A stretch of DNA of 64,000 bases from the NCBI RefSeq assembly GCF_039654945.1, contig NW_027361991.1:248001-312000 (forward strand), in the 5' to 3' direction. This DNA is from Dendrobates tinctorius. Taxonomy: Eukaryota. The notes beneath the pieces are model-generated. The model worked only from the letters and a program-made list of their open reading frames with translations. It did no database searches and was not told the DNA's origin. Below, one piece after another: positions 61,701 through 64,000 of the stretch (position 1 is its first letter; every line of letters starts with the position of its first letter). A program made the translations under genes and the position numbers.

Positions 61701-62293
61701 GGAAGGGGCACCTGAGTCTCATCAGTGTCAGAATCTGGCTCTGTACACTGCGAGGACAATGTAGTGCTCTGAGTGAATGTACCAGCAGAATCATCTATCA
61801 GCGGCTGTGCATCAGTGCACTCCATGTCAGATTCATCTTGGCCTGGGTAATTCACCATTTCACTTGATAATCCAGGCATGGTATGTGAAAACAGCTCCAT
61901 GGAGTAATCAGTAGTATGGCCTGCGTCATCCTTCAATCTTGGTTGGGGTGAAGGACACAAGGAAAGGTGTGGTTCATGAACATGAGCCTCCAATGACGAC
62001 TCAGTGCTTTTACTTTTTACAACTTCAGAAGAGGAGGCGATAGAGCTGGAGGCTGAGTCAGCAATGTAAGACAAAACTTTTTCCTGATGCTCTGGCGTTA
62101 AAAGCGGTTTGCCAACTCCTAGAAAACTAAGCCTTCGAAGCCTTATGGAGCCAGACGATGACGCAGGCTCAACACCTCCTGCATTCGGTCCTATTTTGCT
62201 TTTGCCACTACCATCAGATCCACCACCAACACCATCATTACCAGCTGCCAACCCCCGCCCAATTCCACGGCCTCTTCCACCAACCTTCCTCAT
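58760..62293 (-). CDS. hAT (Ac-like) transposase with BED zinc finger, ~1177 aa, intact ORF
   Basis: First ATG gives MRKVGGRGRG. BED finger SALWHFF...ICKKC...MLRHLTSIH, catalytic motifs LTTDAW, VSDNG, CLAH and TRWNST, and dimerisation region CPAASVLSERVFSAAG...FIKMN. Confidence 0.93.
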   Translation of the reverse strand: MRKVGGRGRGIGRGLAAGNDGVGGGSDGSGKSKIGPNAGGVEPASSSGSIRLRRLSFLGVGKPLLTPEHQEKVLSYIADSASSSIASSSEVVKSKSTESSLEAHVHEPHLSLCPSPQPRLKDDAGHTTDYSMELFSHTMPGLSSEMVNYPGQDESDMECTDAQPLIDDSAGTFTQSTTLSSQCTEPDSDTDETQVPLPAHYTTIHGDTEEGAHDIEEEVMDDPVVDPDWHPLGEEGAASNSSDEEHPQQTSTSQQLLSGRPGALQRHVPKIKRVAGQLVQRVKTSQRARPQNVCQSRKSALWHFFEQNPHDQAKVICKKCAKTFSRGKNLKNLNTSCMLRHLTSIHLQAWTQHQTSSATCATDHKEGSQQCYIVSPTVSPPVSTAANVEVSLQGHSSQGIPLLYQRNTESRPSERTPTPSPSSTLSQSALSTATSTICSSQIQLTLPDTMSRSRKYSVSHPRTLGLNAHIAKLISFEMMPYRLVESAAFRELMAYAVPRYDLPSRHFFSRKAIPALHHHVKDRIVHALKQSVSGKVHLTTDAWSSRHGQGRYVSITAHWVNVVDAGSTGDSGGGTVLPSPRYRKQLAVGVPPSSSSRSESSSTERSRTSTPSAAATVAHELSPYRAASGKRQQAVLQMMCLGDRHTAEVLAKYLKRQTESWLGSVHLEAGKVVSDNGRNFVAAIALSKLSHIPCLAHTLKLVVQCFLKYYPELTALLQKVRRLCAHIRRSPVHSVRMQKLQRLLHLPNHRLIIDIATRWNSTLHMVERLCEQRQAIMHLWEDTRPGSLRADMELTGVQWSKLKDLCKVLQCFEECTRLVSADDAILSMSIPLMRLLMQTLTHLKEQASAANVDEEEEVEGILDDIQPLSAQGPLLDELEEEEEEDDDDGDDYLGEEDASRGASENVVVARSGTGFVRDWRDVDLPESAPPTSTRSASLTPGTLAHMSNYALRILKRDPRIAKMMNDDDYWLASILDPRYKGKLQNIMPQENLDLILANKQATLVNRLLEAFPAHSSGDGSHTSRTGRGQLGRGVHGAHSRSGVGDRGFMTMLWTDFSSTAHTTGNTASMESDRRQQLSTMVTNYFSSHIDVLPHRSFPFDYWAAKLDTWPELAQYALQELACPAASVLSERVFSAAGSIQTEKRTRLSTQNVDDLTFIKMNHAWVSKDFVPPSPDDT

Positions 62294-62356
62294 TTTTGGT
62301 AGAAATGTAGACAAAATCCTACAAACTATATAGTAATGGAAAACAAGGTACAAGGT

Positions 62357-64000
62357 GTCTATAGGACAGGGGAGATTTAGATTTTCTGCAGACACTTGTG
62401 GACACTGGACACTTGGATTGTGTGAGGCCCACTGAACATCACAGCGCTATGTCACAGGCTCGATGGCACAGGTGTGAAAAAAGTGACTACAGGATAAGGG
62501 AGATTTTGAATTTCTGGGAGATTTTGAATTTCTGCAGACACTTGTGGACACTGGACACTTGGATTGTGTGAGGCCCACTGAATATCACAGCGCTATGTCA
62601 CAGGCTCGATGGCACAGGTGTGAAATAAGTGACTACAGGATAAGGGAGATTTTGAATTTCTGGGAGATTTTGAATTTCTGCAGACACTTGTGGACACTGG
62701 ACACTTGGATTGTGTGAGGCCCACTGAATATCACAGTGCTATGTCACAGGCTCGATGGCACAGGTGTGAAAAAAGTGACTACAGGATAAGAGAGATTTTG
62801 AATTTCTGCAGACACTTGTGGACACTGGACACTTGGATTGTGTGAGGCCCACTGAATATCACAGTGCTATGTCACAGGCTCGATGGCACAGGTGTGAAAA
62901 AAGTGACTACAGGATAAGGGAGATTTTGAATTTCTGCAGACACTTGTGGACACTTGGATTGTGTGAGGCCCACTGAATATCACAGCGCTATGTCACAGGC
63001 TCGATGGCACAGGTGTGAAAAAAGTGACTACAGGATAAGGGAGATTTTGAATTTCTGCAGACACTTGTGGACACTGGACACTTGGATTGTGTGAGGCCCA
63101 CTGAATATCACAGTGCTATGTCACAGGCTCGATTTCACAGGTGTGAAAAAAGTGACTACAGGATAAGGGAGATTTTGAATTTCTGGGAGATTTTGAATTT
63201 CTGCAGACACTTGTGGACACTGGACACTTGGATTGTGTGAGGCCCACTGAATATCACAGCGCTATGTCACAGGCTCGATGGCACAGGTGTGAAAAAAGTG
63301 ACTACGGGATAAGGGAGATTTTGAATTTCTGCAGACACTTGTGGATACTGGACACTTGGATTGTGTGAGGCCCACTGAATATCACAGTGCTATGTCACAG
63401 GCTCGATGGCACAGGTGTGAAAAAAGTGACTACAGGATAAGGGAGATTTTGAATTTCTGCAGACACTTGTGGACACTGGACACTTGGATTGTGTGAGGCC
63501 CACTGAATATCACAGCGCTATGTCACAGGCTCGATGGCACAGGTGTGAAAAAAGTGACTACAGGATAAGGGAGATTTTGAATTTCTGCAGACACTTGTGG
63601 ACACTGGACACTTGGATTGTGTGAGGCCCACTGAATATCACAGTGCTATGTCACAGGCTCGATTTCACAGGTGTGAAAAAAGTGACTACAGGATAAGGGA
63701 GATTTTGAATTTCTGGGAGATTTTGAATTTCTGCAGACACTTGTGGACACTGGACACTTGGATTGTGTGAGGCCCACTGAATATCACAGCGCTATGTCAC
63801 AGGCTCGATGGCACAGGTGTGAAAAAAGTGACTACGGGATAAGGGAGATTTTGAATTTCTGCAGACACTTGTGGATACTGGACACTTGGATTGTGTGAGG
63901 CCCACTGAATATCACAGTGCTATGTCACAGGCTCGATGGCACAGGTGTGAAAAAAGTGACTACAGGATAAGGGAGATTTTGAATTTCTGGGAGATTTTGA
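62357..64000. repeat. Tandem satellite upstream of the hAT transposase: 128-bp unit (146- and 120-bp variants), >12 copies
   Basis: Unit GGGAGATTTTGAATTTCTGCAGACACTTGTGGACACTGG...GACTACAGGATAA with period 128 (63301 to 63429). The long variant duplicates an 18-bp segment. Confidence 0.95.

Larger units (their letters stand above)
53563..64000 (-). mobile_element. Composite hAT transposon, copy B (intact transposase; 5' end beyond window)
   Basis: Terminus TAGAGTTGAG at 53563. 53573-54716 is the reverse complement of ~43720-45150, followed by the 18S fragment, repeats homologous to 39600-39720, the 3' region, the transposase and a subterminal satellite. Confidence 0.85.

Noticed and set aside
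62294-62395. N-terminal 34 aa of the 1211-aa ORF call
   Set aside because: It starts at a non-ATG codon inside the satellite. The first ATG (62293) matches where homology with copy A's relic begins.

Overview
Eukaryotic vertebrate genomic DNA. The repeat landscape (T2/Kolobok, Harbinger and hAT MITEs, Penelope, L2) suggests an anuran amphibian; this is inference. The whole window lies inside one + strand membrane-mucin gene of the MUC3/MUC12/MUC17 type. Bases 1-26326 are the 3' part of an uninterrupted PTS exon of about 45 tandem 564-bp (188-aa) units. Four small, phase-consistent exons follow: an EGF-like exon (28127-28231) and three SEA-domain exons (33328-33449, 34301-34359, 50042-50187, the last with the GSIIV autoproteolysis motif). 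The remaining exons were not found in the window. The introns are packed with transposons. The most unusual feature is a composite hAT family present twice in opposite orientation (copy A ~36566-45242 +, copy B 53563->64000 -). Its 3' part carries a nested hAT that captured a ~0.6-kb 18S rRNA fragment, a Gypsy integrase remnant and a solo LTR, and copy B still has an intact ~1177-aa BED-hAT transposase ORF. Also present are an intact IR/DR Tc1 (DD34E), a 2.75-kb Penelope foldback with a 14-bp TSD and a hammerhead ribozyme near each end, an hATm-like foldback element, and several further hammerhead-like motifs. All coordinates were read by eye and no searches were run.
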